A stretch of DNA of 32,000 nucleotides from Halogeometricum borinquense DSM 11551 (GCF_000172995.2 NC_014729.1:2430001-2462000), one strand, 5' to 3'; shown: positions 1 to 7,603, counted from the stretch's first letter. Made by a program: numbers and translations. The notes: generated by a model from the letters alone, not told the origin.

Positions 1-393
1 TGGGGACGCACGCACACTGAGGCGTACATCGTCCTCAATCCGGAGGCTTCCGTCGCCCAACTGACCGATGCCAACTGCGATCAGAGCGCAGACGATGTCG
101 CCTCCTACGCTTCCGTCGCCGAACGAATGTTCGGACAAGAAATCGTCTACGTGGAATACTCGGGCATGTTCGGCGACACCGAGAAAGTGCAAGCCGCACA
201 CGACGCGCTGGACGACGCCACGCTGTTCTACGGCGGCGGCATCCGCGACTACGACGCCGCCTACGAGATGGGCCAGCACACCGACGTGGTCGTTGTGGGT
301 GACCTCCTCCACGACGAAGGCGTGGACGCGGTGCGAGAAACGGTCGAGGGCGCACGCGACGCGATGGAAGAGCGCGCCGAAGCCGAAGCGTAA
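1..393 (+). CDS. Geranylgeranylglyceryl phosphate synthase (GGGPS/PcrB family), C-terminal part; 5' end lies outside the window
   Basis: Frame 1 is open from base 1 (...[49 protein letters not shown]...LFYGGGI...[11 protein letters not shown]...) and ends at TAA 391-393. The [14 protein letters not shown] and VVVGD motifs are typical of archaeal GGGP synthases. Confidence 0.8.
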   Translation, partial: WGRTHTEAYIVLNPEASVAQLTDANCDQSADDVASYASVAERMFGQEIVYVEYSGMFGDTEKVQAAHDALDDATLFYGGGIRDYDAAYEMGQHTDVVVVGDLLHDEGVDAVRETVEGARDAMEERAEAEA

Positions 394-402
394 GACCTGC
401 AG

Positions 403-407
403 TTTTT
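403..407 (+). terminator. T5 tract 10 nt after the GGGPS stop; candidate archaeal oligo-T terminator
   Basis: The sequence gcaGTTTTTCga lies directly downstream of TAA 391-393, in a convergent intergenic gap. Confidence 0.4.
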
Positions 408-458
408 CGACTGTCTCACTTCTCCGACCTCGATTCGTTCGATGAGCGCAAGTACGAA

Positions 459-1223
459 TCACACCTCCGATAGGTGTTCCTCTGAGAGGCGTCCATCGGT
501 GCCGACCGCATCGACGCCGTCAGCGGGAGCGGTGTCGGAAAGCGGGGACGCAAGGGGATCACCACCGTCTCTACTGACGACGCCCGCCAGTGCAGATGCC
601 GCGACGACGAGGGCGACGAACGAGACAACCGCGCCGAGAGGTTCGCCGACGAACGGAATGACACCGAGTGCGAGCCGAGCAAAACGTGCGGCGACGCCGA
701 CACCGAGGACGAGGCCGAATACGCGATGGAACCGGCGACGACGGGCGACCGCCACTACGTCCGTCAGGAGATGCCGGCCCATGGTATCGCTGGAGGCGAG
801 TGCGACAAGCGTCGCTACCGAGAGAAATCCGCCGGCCAGTTCAAGAAACGCGACCGCGACGAGTGCGGCCACCGCGCCATAGTCCGGTGAGAACGCGTAG
901 TGGCCGATGTACGCGAGCGACGACGCCCCGCGAAGCATCCGGTCGTAGCCGACGACGGTGATAATCGCCACTGCCGGGGCGTGAAGCGGTCCTGTGGTGA
1001 CAGCGACACGGAGTCCGTCGCGGAAGATCGAATGCCAACCATCGAACGCGGGAACACCATCGCCTCGCACCCGGTAGCGGATCGCGCGGACGGCGTACCC
1101 GAGAAGCAGAACGCCGACAACGGGGGCCGAAACAGTTGCGAGCGACAGAAGCGTTCCCACGACGAGCGTGTCAGTTCGGTCGCGGTCGAGCAGGTCGCGG
1201 AGATCAGCGAGCGCATCGAACAT
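459..1223 (-). CDS. Polytopic membrane protein, DUF4013-like
   Basis: 254-aa ORF with several hydrophobic helices, a [10 protein letters not shown] motif after the first helices, and an acidic C-terminal tail. The family name is assigned from memory of haloarchaeal DUF4013 proteins, not from a search. Confidence 0.55.
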   Translation of the reverse strand: MFDALADLRDLLDRDRTDTLVVGTLLSLATVSAPVVGVLLLGYAVRAIRYRVRGDGVPAFDGWHSIFRDGLRVAVTTGPLHAPAVAIITVVGYDRMLRGASSLAYIGHYAFSPDYGAVAALVAVAFLELAGGFLSVATLVALASSDTMGRHLLTDVVAVARRRRFHRVFGLVLGVGVAARFARLALGVIPFVGEPLGAVVSFVALVVAASALAGVVSRDGGDPLASPLSDTAPADGVDAVGTDGRLSEEHLSEV

Positions 1224-1333
1224 CGGTGAGCCGTCTGGTCCCGTTCCGGTATGTAAACGTTCGTGCGGCCAAGACGAGAGCGTCTTCGAATCGAACGTGT
1301 GTTTCTACTCCGCACAGCGGTCCGAAACGACCG

Positions 1334-1340
1334 TTTTTAA
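1334..1340 (+). promoter_or_regulatory. TATA-like box (TTTTTAA) for a leaderless aspS transcript
   Basis: The box is centred about 29 nt upstream of ATG 1366, and no Shine-Dalgarno-like sequence lies between. The same 142-bp divergent gap has TTTACATA (reverse complement of 1244-1251) about 25 nt upstream of the minus-strand start at 1223. Confidence 0.45.
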
Positions 1341-1365
1341 GACCGGGCGGGCGGAATCACGCCAC

Positions 1366-2670
1366 ATGCAGAACCGAACTTACACGGCAGACGCCGAACC
1401 CGGCGACAGCGTCACCGTCGCGGGGTGGGTTCACGAGGTCCGTGACCTCGGAGGCATCGCCTTTCTCATCCTGCGAGACAAGAGCGGCAAGATTCAGATC
1501 AAACTCGAAAAAGACGAGATGGACGAAGAGCTCGTCGAGACGGGTCTCGACGTGGCCCGCGAGAGCGTCGTCTCCGTCTCCGGCGACGTAAAGGAGGAGC
1601 CGCGCGCCCCGACGGGCGTCGAAGTCGTCCCCGAGGACATCGACGTGATGGCCGAGGCCGACACGCAACTGCCTCTCGACCCGTCCGGAAAGGTTGACGC
1701 GGAACTCTCGACGCGCCTCGACAACCGGACGCTCGACCTCCGCAAGGACGAGGTGAAGGCCGTCTTCGAGATCCGCGCAGAAATTCTCCGCTCGGTCCGC
1801 GACGCCTTCCGTGGCCTCAACGCGACGGAGATCAACACGCCGAAAATCGTCGCTACCGGTACCGAGGGCGGCACAGAGCTGTTCCCAATCACGTACTTCG
1901 GCCAAGAGGCGTTCATGAACCAGTCGCCCCAGCTGTTCAAACAGCTCATGGTCGGCTCGGGTCTCGAACGCGTCTTCGAGGTCGGTCCGATTTTCCGCGC
2001 CGAAGAACACAACACGCCGCGACACCTGAACGAGGCGACTTCCATCGACTTCGAGTCGGCGTTCTTCGACCACACGGAAGCGATGGACGCCTGCGAACAC
2101 GTCGTCAAGGCCGCCTACGAGGGCGTCGCCGAGAACTGTCAGCGCGAACTCGAAACGCTCGGTCTCGCAGAGGAGTTCGAGGTTCCCGAGGGCGAGTTCC
2201 CGCGTCTCACCTACGAGGAGGCCATCGAGCGAATCAACGCGACGGGCGAACTCGACGAGCAACTCGTCTGGGGCGACGACCTGCCCACGGAGGGCGAGCG
2301 CGCACTCGGTGAGGACGTTGGTGAACACTACTTCATCACCGACTGGCCGTCCGAGATCAAGCCGTTCTACATCAAGGACCACGACGACGACGAGACCCTC
2401 TCGACGGGCTTCGACATGATGCACCCGCGGATGGAACTCGTCTCCGGTGGGCAGCGTGAACACCGCTTCGAACACCTCGTCGCCGGCTTCGAACAGCAGG
2501 GTCTTGACCCCGATCAGTTCGAGTACTACACGAAGATGTTCAAATACGGCATGCCCCCGCACGCAGGCTGGGGTCTCGGTGGCGAGCGTCTCGTGATGAC
2601 GATGCTCGGTCTGGACAACATCCGCGAAGCGGTTCTGTTCCCACGAGATCGCCAGCGATTGAGCCCATAG
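1366..2670 (+). CDS. aspS: Aspartyl-tRNA synthetase, archaeal type (class IIb)
   Basis: 434 aa starting [44 protein letters not shown] (OB anticodon-binding fold). Class II motifs are present: [14 protein letters not shown], and GGQREH...[17 protein letters not shown]...[12 protein letters not shown] at the C-terminus. The track ORF starts at 1168, but its first 66 aa are Arg/Ser-rich junk overlapping the divergent promoter. Confidence 0.95.
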   Translation: MQNRTYTADAEPGDSVTVAGWVHEVRDLGGIAFLILRDKSGKIQIKLEKDEMDEELVETGLDVARESVVSVSGDVKEEPRAPTGVEVVPEDIDVMAEADTQLPLDPSGKVDAELSTRLDNRTLDLRKDEVKAVFEIRAEILRSVRDAFRGLNATEINTPKIVATGTEGGTELFPITYFGQEAFMNQSPQLFKQLMVGSGLERVFEVGPIFRAEEHNTPRHLNEATSIDFESAFFDHTEAMDACEHVVKAAYEGVAENCQRELETLGLAEEFEVPEGEFPRLTYEEAIERINATGELDEQLVWGDDLPTEGERALGEDVGEHYFITDWPSEIKPFYIKDHDDDETLSTGFDMMHPRMELVSGGQREHRFEHLVAGFEQQGLDPDQFEYYTKMFKYGMPPHAGWGLGGERLVMTMLGLDNIREAVLFPRDRQRLSP

Positions 2671-2717
2671 GGCGAAATCGTGGTCTCTTGGGAACAGGGA
2701 GCGGCTTTGCCGCGACC

Positions 2718-2930
2718 GTGTTCCCACGAGATCGCCAGCGTCTGAGTCCGTAGGACGAAGACGTGGCGAGCAAACGAGACGAGCGCATGCGAGTCTCGTC
2801 AGATCGCCAGCGACTCTCTCCGGAGAGTCGCTACCGGGAACGCGGGAGCCAGAAAAGCGAGCGAAGCGAGCTTTTCGCTGTTCCCGCGAGACAGACAGCG
2901 GTTGTCGCACGGCCGTATTTATTCCCGAGA
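2718..2930 (+). repeat. Array of displaced aspS 3'-terminal coding cassettes (2718-2753, 2802-2822, 2878-2907, possibly 2919-2930)
   Basis: TGTTCCCACGAGATCGCCAGCG (2636-2657, inside aspS) is repeated exactly at 2719-2740. Each cassette translates to (L/V)FPRDRQRLS(P), like the aspS C-terminus, but with different synonymous codons. See findings. Confidence 0.85.
2809..2832. other. Perfect 10-bp hairpin AGCGACTCTC-tccg-GAGAGTCGCT
   Basis: Read directly from the sequence. It overlaps cassette 3. Neighbouring hairpins are TGGGAACA...TGTTCCCA (2689-2726, with inner GCGGC-ttt-GCCGC), ACGAGAC...GTCTCGT (2774-2799), and GGGAAC...GTTCCC (2836-2886, with inner GAAAAGC...GCTTTTC). Confidence 0.8.
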
Positions 2931-3026
2931 GAAGAACGACGAGGAGAGACATCGAGCGTTCAAGGGAACCAAGCGCAGCGAAAGAACGATGATGCCGCCA
3001 TCAATAATGATAGGTGAGTAACAGCC

Positions 3027-3425
3027 ATGGATGACGACGTGGACGATGGGGACGGCGAGACAGCACTCCAGAAGGCCGTTGGCGGCGTCGTCATCGCGCT
3101 CGTCTTGCTCATCGCGTTCACACTCCTCGCCCTCGACGTCTCGTTCTTCTGGGTGGCGTTCCCCGTCGGATTTGGGGGCGTACTCCCCGCAGCTATTGGC
3201 ATAACGAAGTGGTACGAACAGCGTCAGAAACAGAACACGCACGCCGACAAGCCAAGCGAGACGGAGGAAGCACTAGAGACGCTTCGCCGTCGGTACGCGA
3301 CCGGTGAGATCGACGAAGCGGAGTTCGAACGCCGAGTCGAGCGACTACTCGGAACCGAGACGGTCGAAGACGCCGAATCCTACGTCAGTACACCAACCGA
3401 GCAAGAGCGGGAACTCGAACGGTGA
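3027..3425 (+). CDS. SHOCT-domain membrane protein
   Basis: 132 aa with an acidic N-terminus and two hydrophobic helices. The C-terminal LRRRYATGEIDEAEFERRVERLL matches the SHOCT short C-terminal domain pattern. Confidence 0.75.
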   Translation: MDDDVDDGDGETALQKAVGGVVIALVLLIAFTLLALDVSFFWVAFPVGFGGVLPAAIGITKWYEQRQKQNTHADKPSETEEALETLRRRYATGEIDEAEFERRVERLLGTETVEDAESYVSTPTEQERELER

Positions 3426-3506
3426 CAGACTGCATCTGACGAAGAAGAGTCTCGAACGCGTGTCGAAACCGTTCCGGACATAACAGTTGGAGTGCCAACT
3501 GCGAGC

Positions 3507-4409
3507 ATGACCGACGAGGCGACGGCGTTCGTCCCCGGACACATTACGGGCTTTTTCAGCGCCCATCCCGACGAGAACCCCGAAATCGCGGGGTCGCGCG
3601 GGGCGGGCGTCGCCCTCAGCCACGGCGTTCGAGTGACGGTCCGCCGGGTCGATGGCAACGCGGTGTCGAACAACCACGTGGCGACCGACGACACGAGAGA
3701 AAATACGGCAGATGACCGACCGGACGAGGCGACACTCAACGGCGACACGATTTCGATGCCGCCCGTGGATACCGTCCGACGGTCGCTGGGCGTTCCCAAC
3801 GCGGAAGTCAAAGCCGAGACGCCGCTCCCGCTCGGGTCCGGATTCGGCGTGAGCGGTGCGATGGCGCTGGGGACCGCCTACGCCGCGAACGCTGTCTTCG
3901 ATGCCGAACACTCGGAGAACGAACTCGTCACCGTCGCCCACCGCGCGGAAGTCGAGGCCGGAACAGGCCTCGGCGACGTGGTGGCACAGGCGCGCGGTGG
4001 TCTACCGATCCGACTCGAACCGGGCGCACCCGGGCATGGCACGATGGACGGCGTTCCCGAATGTCCGCGTGTGGAGTATCTCACGTTCGGCGAGGTTTCG
4101 ACGGCCGAAGTGCTGTCGGGCGACACGACGACGCTCACCGCCGCGGGCGAGCGTGCCCTCTCAGATCTCCGCGAACGACCGACGGCCGACCGATTCCTCT
4201 CGCTCTCCCGGCAGTTCGCCCGCGAGGCTGACCTCACGACCGACCGCGTGGAGTCAGTTATCGCCGACGTTCGGGCCGCGGGCGGCGACGCCTCGATGGC
4301 GATGCTCGGTGAAACCGTGTTCGCGTTCGGGACGGCGCTCTCGGACGCTGGCTACGACCCGGAAGTTTGTGACGTACACCCCGCCGGGTCGAGTCTCGTC
4401 GTCGAGTAG
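3507..4409 (+). CDS. Pantoate kinase (archaeal CoA pathway, GHMP kinase superfamily)
   Basis: The N-terminus is MTDEATAFVPGHITGFF, and the GHMP motif PLPLGSGFGVSGAMAL is present. It lies immediately upstream of phosphopantothenate synthetase, as in other archaea. ATG 3507 is preferred over GTG 3492 because ACATAACA (3478-3485) sits about 26 nt upstream. Confidence 0.85.
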   Translation: MTDEATAFVPGHITGFFSAHPDENPEIAGSRGAGVALSHGVRVTVRRVDGNAVSNNHVATDDTRENTADDRPDEATLNGDTISMPPVDTVRRSLGVPNAEVKAETPLPLGSGFGVSGAMALGTAYAANAVFDAEHSENELVTVAHRAEVEAGTGLGDVVAQARGGLPIRLEPGAPGHGTMDGVPECPRVEYLTFGEVSTAEVLSGDTTTLTAAGERALSDLRERPTADRFLSLSRQFAREADLTTDRVESVIADVRAAGGDASMAMLGETVFAFGTALSDAGYDPEVCDVHPAGSSLVVE

Positions 4410-4410
4410 T

Positions 4411-4457
4411 CAGCTGGACACGATGCCAGCTGTACCGTCGCGCATCGTCCCGTTTTT
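4411..4457 (+). promoter_or_regulatory. Hairpin CAGCTGG-n8-CCAGCTG (4411-4432) followed by a T5 tract (4453-4457); terminator of the pantoate kinase gene and/or TATA-like element for the next gene
   Basis: The inverted repeat starts 2 nt after TAG 4407-4409. The T5 tract is centred 28 nt upstream of ATG 4483, so either role is possible. Confidence 0.35.
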
Positions 4458-4482
4458 CTCGCCAGGGTGCCCACAGTTGTCC

Positions 4483-5232
4483 ATGAGCGATATCGAGATT
4501 CCGGAGAGCCACCCGCGCTACCTCTCGCTCCTCACGCGACACCGCATCGAGGAGGGCGTGGAGAAAGGAATCACCTCGAAACAGGGCCTCATCGCCGAGG
4601 GACGTGGCGAGGCGTTCGACTATCTTCTCGGAGAGGAAACGACCGCTTCGGCGGACGCCGCCGAACGCGCCGCGGCCGCGCAGTTGCTCCTCGCGGAGCA
4701 TCCGGTGCTGTCGGTGAACGGCAACGTCGCTGCCCTCGTCCCCGGCGAGATGGTCGAGCTGGCCGAGGCCGTGGACGCGGACCTCGAAGTGAACCTGTTC
4801 AACCGCACCGAAGAGCGGATGCGCGCCATCGCCGACCATCTGCGCGAACACGGAGCCGAGGACGTGAAAGGACTGACCGCCGATGGTCGTATTCCGAATC
4901 TCGACCACGAGCGCGCGAAGGTGGACGCCGACGGCATCGGAGCGGCCGACGTGGTTCTCGTCCCCCTCGAAGACGGTGACAGAGCGGAAGCCCTCGCCGC
5001 GATGGGGAAAGTCGAAATCGTCGTTGACCTCAACCCCATGTCCCGGTCCGCCCAGTCGGCCGCGATTCCCATCGTGGACAACATCATCCGCGCGGTTCCG
5101 AACGTCACCGACCACGCGCGCGACCTGACGGACGCCACCGAAGAGGAACGAGAGAAAATCGTCCGCGAGTTCGACCGCGAGGCAGCGTTGCGCGAGGCCG
5201 AAGACGCGATTCGCAGCGGCGAGTTGGACTGA
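4483..5232 (+). CDS. 4-phosphopantoate--beta-alanine ligase (archaeal phosphopantothenate synthetase)
   Basis: 249 aa starting MSDIEIPESHPRYLSLLTRHRIEEGVEKGITSKQGLIAEGRGEAFDYLLGE, with VNGNVAAL and DLNPMSRS motifs typical of the COG1701 family. It is paired with pantoate kinase. The track ORF from 3856 is an out-of-context extension overlapping the previous gene. Confidence 0.88.
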   Translation: MSDIEIPESHPRYLSLLTRHRIEEGVEKGITSKQGLIAEGRGEAFDYLLGEETTASADAAERAAAAQLLLAEHPVLSVNGNVAALVPGEMVELAEAVDADLEVNLFNRTEERMRAIADHLREHGAEDVKGLTADGRIPNLDHERAKVDADGIGAADVVLVPLEDGDRAEALAAMGKVEIVVDLNPMSRSAQSAAIPIVDNIIRAVPNVTDHARDLTDATEEEREKIVREFDREAALREAEDAIRSGELD

Positions 5233-5262
5233 CAACGCGAGTTTCGAACCCGCTCGAATCAG

Positions 5263-6390
5263 TCAGTCGAACCCGCTGACCAGCACGGCTACCCACTGCG
5301 CCGGATCGCGCCGTCGCCGGACTTCGATACTATCTACCCACTTTATCCACTGGAACCCGCGCCTGTCGGGAGCGACGAGTCTACACGGGAAGCCGTGGCC
5401 GTGTGTAAGGCGTTCCCCGCCGACGTGCGTTGCCAGCAGCATCTCACGCGCTTCGTCGGTCGGGAACGACCAGCGATAGCCCGTTACCGAGCGGACGGTC
5501 ACCCACCGGCCAGCCTCAGTCGTACCTGCGGCGTCGAGAACGTCGCCAAGGTGGACGCCGCGCCAGTCGCGTTCGGCGTACCAGCCGCTCGTGCAGTCGA
5601 GGAGGACACGGCGATCGGTGTCGGCGTCGGCGGTCAGGGCTTCCGCGGAGAGTTCCAGCGGTGACTCGACCAGCCCACCGACGCGGAGTCGCCACGACTC
5701 GGAATCCACCGGGTCGGGGTCGTCCGCGACCCAACTCGTCACCGGGAACGAGGCGTTGCCCGCACCCACGTCGCCCTCCGGCGCGAGGCCGTCACGCTCG
5801 ATTGGTTTCGACCCGGTGAACCGACGCGCCCGACCGCCGGTGTCGAACGCGGCGTTCACGAGTTCCTGCGCACGCAAAAGGAGTGCGCCGCCGACGAGGA
5901 GTGATCCGTACTTGAGGGCGGTTCGGCGGCCCTCGAAGTCCGCTCGCGTCGGCGTGCGAAAGCGGGTGGAGAGATGAAGAAGGACGAGCGGAACGAGAGC
6001 GAGTCCGAGACCGATGTGGAGATTCAGCAGGGTCCAGTACGAGGTGACCCGCACGTTGCCGCCGAGAACCCACCATACGCCCGTAGCGAGAGACGAAACG
6101 GCGACGGCGGCGGTGAGGGCAGAGAGTCCGGTCGCGCGGTCCCACAGGTCCGAGTCGGTGACGCGGCGACGGACGCGGCGAAACTTGTAGCATAGAAGAA
6201 AGACGAGCGTGAGGCCGACGACGGTGTGGAGTTCGAAAAGCGGCCAATGCGAAGGCGCACCCGCGCCGAAACTGAGGACGCCGCTTCCCACCTCGAACAA
6301 GACGCACGCGAGGATGGACCAGTCTACGAGTCGCGGCGGCGGTTCGATCCGCGCAAGGAGGCGGCGGACATCCCCGTACGTCATACACAC
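5263..6390 (-). CDS. Membrane-anchored molybdopterin-dependent oxidoreductase (sulfite oxidase/YedY-MsrP-like catalytic domain fused to an N-terminal polytopic domain)
   Basis: 375 aa. The N-terminal ~170 aa form about 5 hydrophobic helices with His residues (HWPLFELH, NLHIGLG, LLHL). The C-terminal part has FPVTSW...LLDCTSGW...GYRWSFP...HGFPCRLVAP...GFQWIKWV, typical of the oxidoreductase molybdopterin-binding domain. The start could be ATG 6390 or ATG 6384. Confidence 0.8.
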   Translation of the reverse strand: MCMTYGDVRRLLARIEPPPRLVDWSILACVLFEVGSGVLSFGAGAPSHWPLFELHTVVGLTLVFLLCYKFRRVRRRVTDSDLWDRATGLSALTAAVAVSSLATGVWWVLGGNVRVTSYWTLLNLHIGLGLALVPLVLLHLSTRFRTPTRADFEGRRTALKYGSLLVGGALLLRAQELVNAAFDTGGRARRFTGSKPIERDGLAPEGDVGAGNASFPVTSWVADDPDPVDSESWRLRVGGLVESPLELSAEALTADADTDRRVLLDCTSGWYAERDWRGVHLGDVLDAAGTTEAGRWVTVRSVTGYRWSFPTDEAREMLLATHVGGERLTHGHGFPCRLVAPDRRGFQWIKWVDSIEVRRRRDPAQWVAVLVSGFD

Positions 6391-6415
6391 TCTAGCGAGT
6401 CTGCGGGAAAGAAGT

Positions 6416-6475
6416 CGTCGGCGGTGTTTGCCGTCCGTCGCTACTCGTCGGTGGTGTTTGCCGTCCGTCGCTACT
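6416..6475. repeat. 30-bp tandem duplication, 2 copies with 1 mismatch (CGTCGG[C/T]GGTGTTTGCCGTCCGTCGCTACT)
   Basis: Copy 1 is 6416-6445 and copy 2 is 6446-6475. Copy 2 contains the stop codon and last codons of the GST gene (CTACTCG on the plus strand). Confidence 0.9.
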
Positions 6476-7472
6476 CGTTCGCGGGTGCGGCGTCGCCACG
6501 GAGTACTGCCGGCAAATCAGCGGGCAATCGGTCTCTGTCGTGGTCATCGTAGAAGTCGATGTCCGGACCGACCGGGACGAGTCGCTTCGGGTTCACATCG
6601 CCGTGGCTCATGTAGTAGTGGCGCGTGATATGGTCGATATTGATGGTTTCTGCGACGCCCGGCAGTTGCGCGAGTTCCTTCGTGTAGTTCCAGAGGTTCG
6701 GATACTCGTGGATGGCCCGTCGGTTGCACTTGAAGTGGGTGTGATAGACGTGATCGAAGCGAATCAGCGTCACGAACATGGCGATGTCTGCCTCCGTCAG
6801 CACGTCGCCCACAACGAATCGCTGGTCTTCGAGAACTGATTCCCAGTGATCTAACGCGTCGAACAGTTCGGTGATCGCTTCGTCGTAGGCGTCCTGTGAG
6901 TCAGCGAACCCAGCACGGTAGACGCCGTTGTTGATCGGTTCGTAGATGCTGTCGATACTCTCGTCTACCTCCTCGCGGTAGCCTTCCGGCCAGAGGTCCA
7001 CGTCGTGTTTTGCGTGCGCGTCGAACTCGGTGTCGAGCATCCGCATGATCTCGCGGGACTCGTTGTTCACGATGGTCTCTCGTTCTTTGTCCCAAAGGAC
7101 TGGGACCGTGACGCGCCCCGTAAACTCGTCGTCCGCACGGGTGTAGATGTCTCGGAGGTAGTCCTCGCCGTAGAGCGGATCCGGATACTCCGCGGAGAAC
7201 TCCCAGCCGTCGTTGATGCGGACCGGTTCGACGACGGACAGCGAGATAGCGTCTTCGAGACCCTTCAGTCGGCGCGTCATCGCCGTGCGGTGCGCCCACG
7301 GACACGCCCGCGAGATGTAGAGGTGATACCGACCCGACTCGGCCGGGAACTCGGCGTCGGCGTCGTCCCGAATCCAATTGCGGAACGAGGTTTCCTGCCG
7401 GTTGAATTCGCCGTCCTCGTTCGTGGATTCGTACGCATCGGTTCGCCACTCGCCGTCGACGAGCATGTTCAC
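6471..7472 (-). CDS. Xi-class glutathione S-transferase / glutathionyl-hydroquinone reductase family (YqjG/ECM4-like)
   Basis: 333 aa. It has the diagnostic CPWAHR active-site motif (YISRACPWAHRTAM), then VPVLWDK and NNGVYRAGFA motifs and a C-terminal GST helical domain. Confidence 0.85.
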   Translation of the reverse strand: MNMLVDGEWRTDAYESTNEDGEFNRQETSFRNWIRDDADAEFPAESGRYHLYISRACPWAHRTAMTRRLKGLEDAISLSVVEPVRINDGWEFSAEYPDPLYGEDYLRDIYTRADDEFTGRVTVPVLWDKERETIVNNESREIMRMLDTEFDAHAKHDVDLWPEGYREEVDESIDSIYEPINNGVYRAGFADSQDAYDEAITELFDALDHWESVLEDQRFVVGDVLTEADIAMFVTLIRFDHVYHTHFKCNRRAIHEYPNLWNYTKELAQLPGVAETINIDHITRHYYMSHGDVNPKRLVPVGPDIDFYDDHDRDRLPADLPAVLRGDAAPANE

Positions 7473-7596
7473 CGAACGACACCTCCAGTCCCCAGTTGTC
7501 CCGTCATCGCCCCAACTAGGTGGCTGCTGCCAGTAAGTCGTTCGGCAGCGGAAGTCCGCACCGTGACCGACACGGGTTCGGCACCGGTCGAAACGG

Positions 7597-7603
7597 TTTA
7601 GTA
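7597..7603 (+). promoter_or_regulatory. TATA-like box (TTTAGTA) for leaderless thi4
   Basis: The box is centred about 26 nt upstream of ATG 7626. Confidence 0.45.

Noticed and set aside
2640-2753. The frame with codons starting at positions divisible by 3 is open from inside aspS through to cassette 2. A frameshift near the aspS end could therefore yield a 28-codon-longer protein ending in the same [10 protein letters not shown].
   Set aside because: I found no slippery heptamer or stimulatory structure at a sensible position. The intervening codons (...[17 protein letters not shown]) look like translated spacer. Open alternative frames are common at this GC content. I note it only as a curiosity.
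2635-2930. The roughly 80-bp periodic repeats after aspS, considered as a CRISPR array.
   Set aside because: The repeat units are not identical (only one 22-nt exact match). Spacing is irregular (72-88 bp). The repeats derive from the adjacent coding sequence, and no cas genes or leader are present.
1357-2952. A 531-aa ORF antisense to aspS, and similar long antisense or overlapping ORFs: 4258-5235 (minus), 7617-8630 (minus), 20481-21806 (plus), 23324-24289 (minus), 28117-28818 (minus) and 29215-30324 (plus).
   Set aside because: Each lies opposite or out of frame to a gene with clear family motifs. Their products are Arg/Pro/Ser/Gly-rich, basic and low in complexity, whereas real proteins here are acidic. 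Long spurious open frames are expected at this GC content.
2763-3017. An 84-aa ORF (MASKRDERMRVSSDRQRLSPESRY...) in the aspS downstream spacer, considered as a real gene.
   Set aside because: It is a chimera that reads through cassette 3 (DRQRLSP) and the hairpins. It has a basic low-complexity composition and no promoter-like element. The peptide similarity is explained by the displaced aspS termini.
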